The notes: a model not told the origin generated them from the letters alone. Shown: positions 37,607 to 47,651, numbered from the stretch's first letter. The stretch: 64,000 nt of DNA from Gammaproteobacteria bacterium (GCA_026713705.1 JAPONY010000055.1:3227-67226); one strand, 5' to 3'. Made by a program: numbers and translations.

Positions 37607-38389
37607 CTAGAAGAGGCAGCAGGCTAGTTCAAACTTGACTTCTTGAGTGGTCTGGGCAGGTCGCTGATCCAGGTCGCTTCCCTCGCGGAACACGATGCTG
37701 AAAGAGCGCTTCCCGATGCTGATTTCCGGGTAGAACTCCGAGTCCACCGGCATGCGAATCCGTATCATCTGATGAATTCGGCCGGGATCCAGTATCTGCT
37801 CGAACCAGCCCTCTTTCGCGATTTCGGGAGCGAACGAAGCGCTATTCCGGACCATCTCCAACACGGTTCGCGCAATCTGGATGATGGGGGCGAACGGCTC
37901 GTACCACTGTTGCAGTTGGGCCGCATGATCGGCCTGCCGGCTGGCCAGCCAGTTGTGGTACAGCGGAATGTCGGTTTCACTGGTGCAGCCGGGCATGCGG
38001 ATGCGCTGGCTGACAGTGTTGAGCATGTCGTGCCGGGTCAGGTGCTGGTGCACGGGATACTGCAAGCCATGTGCGTCATCGCGCAGGTTCTGATGCAGTT
38101 CGATGATTTCCTTGAGGAGATCCAGGTTCGCGTTGTCGGATGAACTCAACATTTCGAGCCAAGCGAGGCGTTGATCCAGCTCGCGTATCAGTTCGACCTT
38201 AATGTTGTGCCGGCTGATTAGGCTGACGAATTCCAGCAGAGTGGCGACGGTGGAGCGGGTTCCCCACAACGAAGGCTGAGCATAGTGATATTCGAACTGT
38301 CGCGCCAGAAAGTCGATTCGCAGAAACGTGCGCATCCGCTCGTTGACGGCCTGCTCGTAGATCAAAGGGGAAGGGGAGGTGTCGTTCAT
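37607..38389 (-). CDS. zapD: Cell division protein ZapD
   Basis: 260 aa DUF1342/ZapD-like sequence. It sits downstream of coaE in the coaE-zapD arrangement. Confidence 0.7.
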   Translation of the reverse strand: MNDTSPSPLIYEQAVNERMRTFLRIDFLARQFEYHYAQPSLWGTRSTVATLLEFVSLISRHNIKVELIRELDQRLAWLEMLSSSDNANLDLLKEIIELHQNLRDDAHGLQYPVHQHLTRHDMLNTVSQRIRMPGCTSETDIPLYHNWLASRQADHAAQLQQWYEPFAPIIQIARTVLEMVRNSASFAPEIAKEGWFEQILDPGRIHQMIRIRMPVDSEFYPEISIGKRSFSIVFREGSDLDQRPAQTTQEVKFELACCLF

Positions 38390-38976
38390 GCTGCCATGTA
38401 TTGCTGGTGCAACGCGTCCACCGCCCTGTCCAAGGCATCCATGCTCGCCGCATTTTCGATCACGTCGTCGGCATGCCGCAGACGTTCGGCCGCCGACAAT
38501 TGGGCGGCCAGGACAGCATCGGCCTGCTTATTATCCATTTTAGGAAAACGTTCCTGCAACCGTGCACGCTGCAGGTTCTCAGGGCAATTCACGACCAGAA
38601 TCCGATCCACGTCATCCAGCCAACCCGCCTCGATCAGCAGGGGGACCACCGCAATCGCATAAGACCCTTTCTGCTGCGTGAACCAGGTTCGGATGGCGGT
38701 CCGCACAGGGGGATGCAACAGGGACTCAAGATCCTGGCGCAGGGCTGCATCGCGGAAGAGGCGCGTACGCAGCAGTGCTCGATTCAGGCTGCCGTCGTCT
38801 TGCAGTATTTCCGGGCCGGCCCGCTCGACCACTTCCCCGAGAAGCGGGCCGTCTGGAGCCGTCAACTCCCGCACGATATCGTCGGCATCGATAATGGGCA
38901 CGCCTCGTTCTTCAAAGCACTGGGCAGCCTGCGATTTCCCGCAGGCGATGCCTCCTGTCATGCCGATTCTGATCAT
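38386..38976 (-). CDS. coaE: Dephospho-CoA kinase
   Basis: P-loop GMTGGIACGKS at the N-terminus. 196 aa. pilD-coaE synteny. Confidence 0.9.
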   Translation of the reverse strand: MIRIGMTGGIACGKSQAAQCFEERGVPIIDADDIVRELTAPDGPLLGEVVERAGPEILQDDGSLNRALLRTRLFRDAALRQDLESLLHPPVRTAIRTWFTQQKGSYAIAVVPLLIEAGWLDDVDRILVVNCPENLQRARLQERFPKMDNKQADAVLAAQLSAAERLRHADDVIENAASMDALDRAVDALHQQYMAA

Positions 38977-38986
38977 GTGCAGGTTC

Positions 38987-39781
38987 TCAAAGCCCAGACC
39001 AGCCGACCAGTGACCAGGCGGAATCCCTCCAGATCAGGAAGCCGAACAGCGACAGCGACAAAGCGGGACCAAAGGGCAGTGCACGTTGGGCACGGCCCCA
39101 TGCCCGCCGGGTCAGCCATAGCAGGAGGGTCAGGATTGAAGCACCCAAGGCCACCCAAGGAAGTATCATCCAGCCAAGCCAAGCCCCGCACACGGCAAAC
39201 ATCTTGAAATCACCGTAACCCATGCCGGCCTCTTTCTTGAAAAAGTAGAACAGGTGATTCAGCAACCACAGCGACAGGTAGCCCGCTACGGCTCCGATGA
39301 CCGCTTCGTGCAATGGCGCAAACAGTTCGTACGTGTTCACCAGCAGTCCCAGCCATAGCAGCGGATAGACAAGCAAATCCGGCAACAATTGTGTCTGCCA
39401 GTCGATCAAGGCAAGTGCCAGAAGTCCCCAACCCAGTATGGCATAGGCGCTGGCTTCCGGGAGGCTGTCCGTGCTCAGGAGCGCACCCATCGCGAGCAAT
39501 CCTGCCACCAGTTCCAGGAGAGGGTATTGCAACGAAATGGGGACGTTGCAGAAGGCGCAACGGCCCCGCAGGGCGAGGTATCCGAGGATTGGAATCAGAT
39601 GGGGGAGGCGGATCGTCCGATGGCAATGGGGACAGTGAGAGCGTGGAGACCACAGGGTTAATTCGGGGTTTTCTCCACGCACCATGACAGGGAGCCGGAA
39701 TACTATCACGTTCAGAAAACTGCCCACGGCAGTCCCGACGACAAATGCGATACAGAGCCAGAAGATCTCGGAGTGTGGCAT
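38987..39781 (-). CDS. pilD: Prepilin peptidase / N-methyltransferase (A24 family)
   Basis: Tetra-Cys motif CPHCHRTI...CAFCNVPI. Multiple TM helices with conserved catalytic Asp regions. 264 aa. Confidence 0.85.
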   Translation of the reverse strand: MPHSEIFWLCIAFVVGTAVGSFLNVIVFRLPVMVRGENPELTLWSPRSHCPHCHRTIRLPHLIPILGYLALRGRCAFCNVPISLQYPLLELVAGLLAMGALLSTDSLPEASAYAILGWGLLALALIDWQTQLLPDLLVYPLLWLGLLVNTYELFAPLHEAVIGAVAGYLSLWLLNHLFYFFKKEAGMGYGDFKMFAVCGAWLGWMILPWVALGASILTLLLWLTRRAWGRAQRALPFGPALSLSLFGFLIWRDSAWSLVGWSGL

Positions 39782-39812
39782 CGATGTGACCGAGGGCTTG
39801 TGGTGTTATTGT

Positions 39813-40991
39813 ATGGGGATTATGAGAGGCAGTATTACTCTCCTTTGTGGAGAGACGGCCCCAGGCTTATTTTTACGGTTGTTCTGCGCCGGGGTGATCC
39901 TGCTTGCGGCGGGGATGTTCGCGCCGAAGGCTTTGATGGCAGAGTCGGAGGGTCCGGCGTATCGGATCGAAACTCTAGAGGGAGGACTGGAATACCCATG
40001 GAGCTTGGTACAACTGCCGGACGGTTCCCTGCTGATTACGGAAAAACCCGGACGCCTGCTCCACCTGGATGCCGACTTCGCCGGTCGCGATCTCATCGAA
40101 GGGGTGCCGGAGGTGGCTTGGGTCGGGCAGGGAGGGCTTTTGGATGTGGTCCTGCATCCGGAATACGGGCAGGCGGACAATCGCTGGATCTACCTCAGCT
40201 ATAGCAAATCCTGCTCTGCGGGATTCACAACGGCGCTGAGCCGTTACCGCCTGCAAGGCAATCGACTTGAGAACGGCCAGCTGCTGTTCGAGGCTCGTCC
40301 GTGCGGGGGATTGACCTGGCATTTCGGGGGGCGGCTGGCATTCGATGCGAACGGACACCTGTTTCTGACTATTGGGGATCGGGGTGAGCGCGAGAATGCG
40401 CAGGCATTAGACAGCCACTGGGGCAAATTGATTCGCCTGCATGCGGACGGGCGGATCCCGGCGGACAATCCGTTTACCGGGAACTCCGATGCCTTGCCGG
40501 AAGTGTATTCCTATGGCCACCGAAACCCGCAGGGACTTGCGTGGAACCCTTTCGATGAAAAGCTCTGGTTGCACGAGCACGGCCCGAAAGGCGGAGACGA
40601 ACTGAACCGGATTCGCGCGGGAGCCAATTACGGCTGGCCCCAGGTGACGCATGGACGCGAGTACACCGGCGGGATCATCAGCGAGCAGACGCATGCGCCG
40701 GGGATGGAGCCGCCCGTGCAACACTGGACGCCGTCAATCGCCCCGTCGGGGTTTGCGGTCTACGACGGCGCCTCTTTTGCCGAATGGCGCGGAGATTTCC
40801 TGGTGGGTGCACTGAAGTTCCGAAGCGTGTACCGAGTACAGTTGCGAGCGGAGGGCGGGGTGCATGAGCAGGTCCTGCCGGAACCCAAGGAGCACCGCAT
40901 CCGCGATGTGCGGGTGCTGGCGGACGGCCTGATTTACTTGCTGACGGACGATTCGAATGGGCAACTGCTGAGATTGGTACCCAACAATTAA
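39813..40991 (+). CDS. PQQ-dependent soluble sugar (glucose/sorbosone) dehydrogenase, YliI-like
   Basis: Signal peptide, then beta-propeller sGDH motifs (PWSLVQLPDGSLLITEKPGRL, HFGGRLAFD, YSYGHRNPQGLAWNP). Start taken at an internal ATG, since the track start lies inside the pilD upstream region. Confidence 0.7.
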   Translation: MGIMRGSITLLCGETAPGLFLRLFCAGVILLAAGMFAPKALMAESEGPAYRIETLEGGLEYPWSLVQLPDGSLLITEKPGRLLHLDADFAGRDLIEGVPEVAWVGQGGLLDVVLHPEYGQADNRWIYLSYSKSCSAGFTTALSRYRLQGNRLENGQLLFEARPCGGLTWHFGGRLAFDANGHLFLTIGDRGERENAQALDSHWGKLIRLHADGRIPADNPFTGNSDALPEVYSYGHRNPQGLAWNPFDEKLWLHEHGPKGGDELNRIRAGANYGWPQVTHGREYTGGIISEQTHAPGMEPPVQHWTPSIAPSGFAVYDGASFAEWRGDFLVGALKFRSVYRVQLRAEGGVHEQVLPEPKEHRIRDVRVLADGLIYLLTDDSNGQLLRLVPNN

Positions 40992-41028
40992 GCTGATGAA
41001 GGCAATTGCAAAAGGGGTTGCATGCGTA

Positions 41029-41049
41029 GTTAATATTAAGTATATTAAC
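41029..41049 (+). promoter_or_regulatory. Putative parDE operator/promoter inverted repeat
   Basis: GTTAATAT-taagt-ATATTAAC, a perfect 8-bp inverted repeat 25 nt upstream of the parD start in an AT-rich stretch. Confidence 0.45.
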
Positions 41050-41073
41050 TACATTCCTTGTGGCTAAACCGTT

Positions 41074-41328
41074 ATGGCACGCACGACAACAATGACAGTT
41101 CGCCTCAGTGGCGCACTCAGTGATTTCGTTTCAGCGAATGTCAGTGAGACTGGATCTTACGAGAATGTAAGTGAGTACGTTCGCGACTTGATTCGACGTG
41201 ATAAAGAGCGGGTGGAGCTGGAGGCCTTTCAACGCCTCAAAGCTGAACTGGAACACGCTTTTGCAGCACCAGATAGTTCATTTCACCCTCTTTCGGCCTC
41301 GGATGTCATCGCACGGAACAAAACCTAG
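41074..41328 (+). CDS. parD: Type II antitoxin, ParD family (ribbon-helix-helix)
   Basis: 84 aa; MARTTTMTVRLSGALSDFV...SEYVRDLIRRDKER is typical of ParD. It lies immediately upstream of the toxin gene. Confidence 0.75.
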   Translation: MARTTTMTVRLSGALSDFVSANVSETGSYENVSEYVRDLIRRDKERVELEAFQRLKAELEHAFAAPDSSFHPLSASDVIARNKT

Positions 41329-41336
41329 GCTTGTGC

Positions 41337-41663
41337 ATGGCGTCGATCCGCGTTCAAGAGGCGGCTTCTCTCCGCATTGATGAGATTTATCGATATTCCC
41401 AAGACAAGTGGGGGAGCGATCAGGCTGATGCTTATATCATGGGATTGTTCGAGGTATTTGCCGCAATTGCGGCGGGTAGCGTTCTGTCCCGCCCGATCCC
41501 GGCAGAATTTGGAATAGATGGTTATTTTTATAGATATGAGAGACACTATATCTATTGGAAGAAACTAAATAATGGAGACGTTGGCATCGTTACTATTCTG
41601 CATGAGCGTATGCACCAGATCGACAGGTTTCAAGAAGATTTTAAAAATGAATTTTCCGCATAA
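41337..41663 (+). CDS. parE: Type II toxin, ParE/RelE family
   Basis: ~108 aa; IDEIYRYSQDKWGSDQADAYIMGLFEVF...YIYWKKLNNGDVGIVTILHERMHQ is typical of ParE plasmid-stabilisation toxins. Its start sits 9 nt after the parD stop. Confidence 0.7.
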   Translation: MASIRVQEAASLRIDEIYRYSQDKWGSDQADAYIMGLFEVFAAIAAGSVLSRPIPAEFGIDGYFYRYERHYIYWKKLNNGDVGIVTILHERMHQIDRFQEDFKNEFSA

Positions 41664-41714
41664 TCCTCCATAATTAGTGGGCATCTACATCATCCGCGCC
41701 CGCTACTTTATTTC

Positions 41715-43313
41715 ATGACTAATCTTCCGCCCGCCCGACTCGTCCAGTTCAACCCGCTGGTCGGCGACATCGACGGCAACCGTGCCCGCATCGAGGCGCG
41801 GCTGGAAGGTCAGGACCAACCTTCGATCTGGGTGTTTCCGGAACTGGCATTGTGTGGCTATCCCCCGGAAGACCTCCTGCTGCGTGATGATTTCATCAAT
41901 CGCATCGACGAGGCTCTGGAGGAACTGGCGCGCTGCAGCGGAGAGCATTGGGTGATCGTCGGGGCTCCGGTGCGTGAGAATGGCGCCTTGTTCAACGCCG
42001 CCTGCGTACTGCATCAGGGCCAACGGGTCGGCTTTGCCCGCAAGAGGCTGCTGCCGCAGTATGACGTCTTTGATGAGCAGCGCTACTTTGTTCCGGGCTC
42101 GGAGCCTTTCATCGTTGAAGCCGGGAGACGGCTGGGATTGCTGGTTTGCGAGGACTTGTGGCAGCCGGAGCCGGCTGCGGACTTGGCGGCGGCCGGGGCG
42201 GAAGTCCTGGTTTGCCTGAACGCCTCTCCGTTCGATCTCCACAAGGCCTCCAAGCGCTTGGAGGCCGCGCGTGCGCGCGCAATGGAAACTGGCTGCCCGG
42301 TCTGGTACGTCAACCAGGTCGGCGGACAGGACGAACTGGTTTTCGATGGGGCGAGTTTTGTGCTGGATGCTTCCGGGCAGCGAACGGCACAACTGCCTTC
42401 TTTTGTTGAAGCCGAAGCGGAACTGGTGCCCGAGGGCTTGGACTGGGGCGGTTCCCGGCAAGAGATCGAAGACTTGGACGAGAATGCGTCCTTATACCAG
42501 GCATTGGTGTTGGGAGTGCGCGACTACGTGAACAAGCACCGTGCCCCCGGCGCGTTGCTCGGCCTGTCTGGCGGTATTGATTCGGCTTTGGCGCTGGTCG
42601 TCGCGGTGGATGCTTTGGGTCCCGAGAGGCTGGAGGCAGTGCTGATGCCTTCGAGATACACGTCGCAGGCCAGCGTGGAGGACGCGGTGCTACTGTGCGA
42701 ACGCTTGGGCGTTTCCTCTCTGGCATTGTCGATCGAGCCAGCCTTCCAGGCTTTGCTTGAGACCTTGGGCCCGGAAGCCGAGCAAGACGATATAGTTTGT
42801 CAGAACCTACAGGCGCGCGTCCGCGGCCTGTTGTTGATGGCACGCTCGAACCACAGCGGGAAACTGCTTCTGACGACCGGAAACAAGAGCGAAATGGCGG
42901 TCGGCTACGCGACCCTGTACGGCGATATGGCGGGAGGGTTTGCGCCGCTCAAGGACATATTCAAGACCCGTGTGTACCAGTTGACCCGCTATCGCAACCG
43001 CGACGAGGAAGTCATCCCGGAGAGGATCCTGACTCGCCCACCGTCGGCGGAATTGAAGGCGGATCAGAAAGACTCCGATTCATTGCCGGATTACGCCGTA
43101 CTGGATGCCATTCTGCGCCTGTTCATCGAGGAAGACTGTTCGCTTTCGGAAATCGTGGCACAGGGGTTTGATGCCGACCTGGTCCATGATGTGGTCGCCC
43201 GGGTGCTCGGAAGCGAGCATAAACGCAGGCAGGCGCCGCCGGGAGTGAAAACGACGGAACGGGCATTTGGACGGGATCGGCGTTACCCGATCACGTCCGG
43301 CTACAAAGCCTGA
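41715..43313 (+). CDS. nadE: Glutamine-dependent NAD+ synthetase (N-terminal CN-hydrolase domain + NAD synthetase domain)
   Basis: Nitrilase-like N-terminus (VFPELALCGYPPEDLLL; catalytic C in LVCEDLW). PP-loop SGGIDSAL in the C-terminal domain. 532 aa. Confidence 0.9.
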   Translation: MTNLPPARLVQFNPLVGDIDGNRARIEARLEGQDQPSIWVFPELALCGYPPEDLLLRDDFINRIDEALEELARCSGEHWVIVGAPVRENGALFNAACVLHQGQRVGFARKRLLPQYDVFDEQRYFVPGSEPFIVEAGRRLGLLVCEDLWQPEPAADLAAAGAEVLVCLNASPFDLHKASKRLEAARARAMETGCPVWYVNQVGGQDELVFDGASFVLDASGQRTAQLPSFVEAEAELVPEGLDWGGSRQEIEDLDENASLYQALVLGVRDYVNKHRAPGALLGLSGGIDSALALVVAVDALGPERLEAVLMPSRYTSQASVEDAVLLCERLGVSSLALSIEPAFQALLETLGPEAEQDDIVCQNLQARVRGLLLMARSNHSGKLLLTTGNKSEMAVGYATLYGDMAGGFAPLKDIFKTRVYQLTRYRNRDEEVIPERILTRPPSAELKADQKDSDSLPDYAVLDAILRLFIEEDCSLSEIVAQGFDADLVHDVVARVLGSEHKRRQAPPGVKTTERAFGRDRRYPITSGYKA

Positions 43314-43324
43314 ATTGACCGGAT

Positions 43325-44485
43325 TCAGTTCGACGGCGCCGGGTCCGGCGCACTTTCTTCCGGCGATGTGTCCGAGGTTTCCGAGGTCACGGTGGGCTCG
43401 GGGATGTCCTCCGGGGCACTCGGGAGATCTTCATCGTCGGACAGGCTCAGCAGCCTGCGCAACTGATACCAGAGATCCTGGGAGTCGATGTCCGACGTCG
43501 GGACATGGCCGCTTGGGACCTCGCTGACCACGACCTTGTCCGGTTCGTGTGCCGCGACGAATTCCTCGGCTTCGCCGAGATTGAGTACGACTCTCTGGTA
43601 CTTGCCGCTGAATTCGGGCGGCGGGAACTCTTCGATGTCGAACCCGACCATGATGGCGGCGCTGTCGACCGTGTCGCTGATCCAGTCGCCCGTGTTTGAC
43701 AGCCAGGTTGGCTCTTCCACTTCGGCTGCCTTTCGGGCTTCATAATTCGGGAAGTTGAGATCCCGGACACTCCGCGTGTCGTCTGCGAGTTGGTGCATTT
43801 CCAGATGGCGGTAACCCTCTTCCAGGTACCACAGCATATCGTCCATGTTTGGCGCACCATGGTAGCGCTTCAGCGCGTGTTTGCTTCGGTTGACGACCGC
43901 GACGTAGGCTTTGCGGCGTAAATAGAAATCCGCGACATGCAGTTCATAGCGGGCCAGCAGATTGCGCAGGAAGATGGTGTGCTGGCGAGAGTCCGCCGCA
44001 TATCGCGATTCTGGAAATTTCGTCACGACCAAGGAAAAGTTCTTGAACGCATGCAGCCACGGGGTTGGGTCTTTGTTGTGTCGGATGTAGGGCAGGACAT
44101 AATGCATCAGGGTTCGGCCGTAATCCAGATAGGCAACGCCCTGCATGTAGTGTGCATACGCGATATGCGTGTGTAGCGGGTTTTGCTCCATAAAGCGATT
44201 GAGCACGACGATTGCTTCGTTATATTCCTCTTGCCGGTAAAAGGAGTAGGCCATCTCCAGCAGGCCTTGCTGGGCATAGGGATCAAATGGATACCCGGAC
44301 TCCAGATGTTCGAAAGCCTCGATCGCCTTGGTGAAATCGCCGCCTCGACGATAGGAAAGGCCCATGGCATACAACTGTGCCGCGGATTTGCCCTCGTATT
44401 CGGTTTCCGGCGCGTCCGGCAACAGCCCGCAACCGGCCATCATCAACAACGACGCAAAAGAAAGAACGACAGGGAGAAAACGCAT
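43325..44485 (-). CDS. bamD: Outer membrane protein assembly factor BamD (TPR lipoprotein) with acidic/Pro-rich C-terminal extension
   Basis: Lipobox (LLMMAGCG). TPR repeats. bamD/rluD divergent synteny. 386 aa versus the typical ~245, with a C-terminal D/E/P/S-rich tail. Confidence 0.8.
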   Translation of the reverse strand: MRFLPVVLSFASLLMMAGCGLLPDAPETEYEGKSAAQLYAMGLSYRRGGDFTKAIEAFEHLESGYPFDPYAQQGLLEMAYSFYRQEEYNEAIVVLNRFMEQNPLHTHIAYAHYMQGVAYLDYGRTLMHYVLPYIRHNKDPTPWLHAFKNFSLVVTKFPESRYAADSRQHTIFLRNLLARYELHVADFYLRRKAYVAVVNRSKHALKRYHGAPNMDDMLWYLEEGYRHLEMHQLADDTRSVRDLNFPNYEARKAAEVEEPTWLSNTGDWISDTVDSAAIMVGFDIEEFPPPEFSGKYQRVVLNLGEAEEFVAAHEPDKVVVSEVPSGHVPTSDIDSQDLWYQLRRLLSLSDDEDLPSAPEDIPEPTVTSETSDTSPEESAPDPAPSN

Positions 44486-44545
44486 TACAGGGGATTGGAT
44501 TCAACTGCAAAATTATATAACGGCAGTGATAGGATGGGATTTTTA

Positions 44546-45514
44546 ATGGTTGGCTGGAGCGGGCAATTGGACGGTTTGCCTCTGGTGGGGGAAGTGCCGG
44601 AAGACTTGGCGGGGAAGCGCCTGGACGTTGCGCTGGCACAGATGTTCAGCCAGTTTTCCCGGCGGCAGTTGCAGGACTGGATTCGGGCGGGGCGCGTGCT
44701 GGTGGAAGGAGAAATGGCTCGCCCCCGGGATCCGGTGGGGGGCTGTGAGCGGGTCGAGGTCTGGCCGCAGGCCGCCACACCCTCCCAGTGCGAGCCTCAG
44801 GATCTGCCTCTGGCCGTCGTGTTTGCCGATGATGACCTGATTGTTTTGAACAAGGCGGCCGGACAGGTTATGCATCCGGCCCCCGGGCACCCGGACGGGA
44901 CGATCCAGAACGCGCTCTTGTTCCACTTCCCGGCGACCGCTAAAGTGCCACGAGCAGGAATCGTGCACCGGCTGGACCGTGACACGACCGGGCTCGTAGT
45001 GGTGGCGCATAACCTTGAATCCTGCACGGCACTGACCCGGCAGCTTCAGATGCGCGAGATTCAACGGCGATATCAGGCTCTGGTCCAGGGTGAACTGATC
45101 GCAGGAGGGACGATAGAGGAGCCGATCGGGCGGCACCCAAGGCAGCGACAGCGCATGTGTGTACGCGAAGGCGGTCGGGAGGCCATCACGCATTATCGGC
45201 TTCGGCGAAAATTCCGCGGCCTGACCCTGCTCGATGTCCGTCTTGAGACCGGACGTACGCACCAGATCCGGGTGCATTTGGCGCATCTGGGCCATCCAGT
45301 AGTCGGGGATCCGGTGTACGGCGGACGCGCAAGAAGTCCATCAGACGCATCTGTCGCCGTACGCGACGCAGTTCGAGGATTCGGGCGACAGGCATTACAT
45401 GCCTGCTCCCTACAACTCCGGCATCCGACTCGAGGAACCCTAGTCGACTGGAACGCAGACTTGCCGGAAGACTTTCGGGGTTTGTTGGCGCAACTGGAAG
45501 GCGACCGTGACTGA
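44546..45514 (+). CDS. rluD: 23S rRNA pseudouridine synthase D
   Basis: S4 domain, then RluA-family catalytic motif HRLDRDTTGLVVVA. Alternative start at 44534. Synteny with bamD and pgeF. Confidence 0.85.
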   Translation: MVGWSGQLDGLPLVGEVPEDLAGKRLDVALAQMFSQFSRRQLQDWIRAGRVLVEGEMARPRDPVGGCERVEVWPQAATPSQCEPQDLPLAVVFADDDLIVLNKAAGQVMHPAPGHPDGTIQNALLFHFPATAKVPRAGIVHRLDRDTTGLVVVAHNLESCTALTRQLQMREIQRRYQALVQGELIAGGTIEEPIGRHPRQRQRMCVREGGREAITHYRLRRKFRGLTLLDVRLETGRTHQIRVHLAHLGHPVVGDPVYGGRARSPSDASVAVRDAVRGFGRQALHACSLQLRHPTRGTLVDWNADLPEDFRGLLAQLEGDRD

Positions 45515-46247
45515 GCCGGAATTCGTCTATCCGGATTGGCCCGCGCCTGACCACGTGCGAGCGGCGACGAGCACTCGGGCCGGGGGGGTCAGTCGGAACG
45601 CTTATGCAGGATTCAACCTTGCCGCGCATGTGGACGACCGGCCTGAGGATGTACAGCAGAACCGGGAGATTTTGGCGCAGACCCTTCGGTTGCCTGGCGA
45701 ACCGTATTGGCTGGATCAGCAACATGGTGCCATGGTTCAGGAGGCGCGGATCACACCAGAATTGGTCAAGGCAGACGCGAGCTACACCACCTGCGCGGGA
45801 CCGATCTGTGTTGTCCAGACAGCAGACTGCTTGCCGGTTTTGCTGTGCTCACGAAAAGGCGATTGGGTGGCTGCAGCACATGCCGGTTGGAAGGGCATTG
45901 CTGCGAATGTCCTGCAGGCGGCAATTCATGCCTACCCGGGACCGCCAGAGGATCTGCTAGTTTGGCTCGGCCCGGCAATCAGTATGGAATTCTATGAGGT
46001 GGATGAGCTGGTGCGGGCGGCATTGGGCAAGGAACTTGCTTCGGTGGCATTCCGTCCGTCTGGGCGTGCTGGACACTGGTTGTTGGATCTGACGTCTGCC
46101 GCCGCATGGCAGTTAGAGCGGGCCGGTGTCGAGCACTGTTACGGTGCCGAAGAATGTACTTTTCAGGATGAGCGCCGTTTTTATTCGTACCGCCGAGATC
46201 GGATAACTGGGCGTATGGCGACGTTGATCTGGATGGAAAAGCATTAA
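45507..46247 (+). CDS. pgeF: Peptidoglycan editing factor PgeF (YfiH/DUF152, purine nucleoside phosphorylase-like)
   Basis: 246 aa. Conserved H/C/H residues (DQQHG, TADCLPVLL, AAHAGWKG). GTG start overlapping rluD by 8 nt. Confidence 0.8.
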   Translation: MTEPEFVYPDWPAPDHVRAATSTRAGGVSRNAYAGFNLAAHVDDRPEDVQQNREILAQTLRLPGEPYWLDQQHGAMVQEARITPELVKADASYTTCAGPICVVQTADCLPVLLCSRKGDWVAAAHAGWKGIAANVLQAAIHAYPGPPEDLLVWLGPAISMEFYEVDELVRAALGKELASVAFRPSGRAGHWLLDLTSAAAWQLERAGVEHCYGAEECTFQDERRFYSYRRDRITGRMATLIWMEKH

Positions 46248-46355
46248 TTCCAGCCAAAATCAAACTGATGAGCCGGATAGCAATCAGGTGAAGGTTTCAG
46301 CAGGCCGATCCGGCCAAGATGCCTAAATGTAAGTAATTGATTCATGAGTGAGAAA

Positions 46356-46383
46356 AATGGTCTAAAAAATCTGACCATTTTTT
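46356..46383 (+). repeat. Partial copy D of the repeated element (inverted-repeat part only)
   Basis: AAAATGGTC-TAAAAAATCT-GACCATTTT lies 60 nt upstream of the first T4SS-module gene. Confidence 0.6.
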
Positions 46384-46446
46384 GTTTACTTCTCGGAAAC
46401 TTTGCGGTAGAACCAAATTCTTTGCAAATTTCTCTAGGAGGCACGG

Positions 46447-47097
46447 ATGAATTTCCAAAAATCATCCCGGACACGCTGGCGGGTGTGGTTGGCAGGCGGA
46501 GTCTTTTCTCTGTTATTACTGGCTGCGCTTGTCCACGAGATGTTACGAGGTTCGAACGAGACATTTGCATTTTCTGATCCAGGTGTTCAGCTACTTCAGC
46601 CAACAGAGCTTCCGTCGGCGGCAAGTGCAATTCCCGAAATCGATATGAAACTGTTGTCGGAATCTTTGGCACAGACTCTGGACAACCGTCTTAACAAATG
46701 GGATCAACGCAACCTTGAAGTGTTCGAAAAAACCTTTCTGTCTCAGATGCGAACATTCGAAAAATGGAGGGAAGGGCTTGACGAGAAACTCAAAACACAA
46801 TCCTCCAGGCTACAGGGCATGGACCAGAAGCTGCACTTGCTTGAGCGTGGCATGAACCGGTTGCTAGGTTCCCTTGAAGACGAAGCGATTCAGGTGTCCA
46901 TGGAGCCTGAGTTCATTTTTCGGGGCATTGAAGTCTGGCATGGGCAAGCGTATGCGCTGCTTGAGCACCAAGGGCGGATTTTGCCAGCACGGCAGGGAGA
47001 CTCTCGGCTAGGCTGGAGAATCAACGCCATTGACCGCGATAATCAGAAATTACACATCAGCGACGGTATGACGAAACTTATCCTGGAGGAACAATGA
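46447..47097 (+). CDS. ICE/T4SS-module protein: N-terminal TM anchor, coiled coil, C-terminal beta-rich domain (function unknown)
   Basis: 216 aa. First gene of the co-directional cluster. Its stop overlaps the next start (ATGA). Confidence 0.45.
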   Translation: MNFQKSSRTRWRVWLAGGVFSLLLLAALVHEMLRGSNETFAFSDPGVQLLQPTELPSAASAIPEIDMKLLSESLAQTLDNRLNKWDQRNLEVFEKTFLSQMRTFEKWREGLDEKLKTQSSRLQGMDQKLHLLERGMNRLLGSLEDEAIQVSMEPEFIFRGIEVWHGQAYALLEHQGRILPARQGDSRLGWRINAIDRDNQKLHISDGMTKLILEEQ

Positions 47098-47480
47098 GCA
47101 GGGTGTGGCGCCGGGAAGCCGGATGGTTGATAGGGCTTACGGCCCTAGCTGGAGTTGCGGCATCCGTAATTCTTGATGTGCAGGCGGCGCGCGAAGAAGC
47201 GAGTCAGTGGCAGAAAACCGACCTCCGTGTGCTTCGCTGGCTGGAATTGAGCGAGGAGGAATGGCGTCAATATCAATCGTGGCGCTCCTTGATTGGCAAG
47301 CCACTGGCCGAAATGACTCCATACGAGGTCTTAGGGATTTATGCGGATGATGCAGAACAGCGGCGCCGGTTTGCTAGAGAGAATGCCCGTTTTATGCTTG
47401 ATTTCTACCGACGAACTATGGAATTTGAACAGATTTACCGAGAAGAATTGGGAAAGCTTTCGGGCGAACAAAGGCCTTAA
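47094..47480 (+). CDS. ICE/T4SS-module small protein with N-terminal TM helix
   Basis: 128 aa. Translationally coupled to the upstream gene. Confidence 0.4.
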   Translation: MSRVWRREAGWLIGLTALAGVAASVILDVQAAREEASQWQKTDLRVLRWLELSEEEWRQYQSWRSLIGKPLAEMTPYEVLGIYADDAEQRRRFARENARFMLDFYRRTMEFEQIYREELGKLSGEQRP

Positions 47481-47600
47481 ACTTTACATAAGATAAAAAA
47501 CTTTACATTTCCCAAAGCTTTACAGATAAATTTATTATTTATCAGTATGTTAATAAGCAAATAAATGGTCAAAAAAAACTGACCATTTTTCCTTGCTTTC
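47478..47600 (+). repeat. AT-rich repeated regulatory element, copy B (3x CTTTACA + IR AAATGGTC-N10-GACCATTTT)
   Basis: AACTTTACATAAGATAAAAAACTTTACATTTCCCAAAGCTTTACAGATAAA...AAATGGTCAAAAAAAACTGACCATTTTTCCTTGC. Collinear with copy A at 33699-33820. Confidence 0.7.
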
Positions 47601-47651
47601 TGGCAATGAGTGTTAGAGACTGCACAGGCGGTAATTACTCCCACGGATGGG

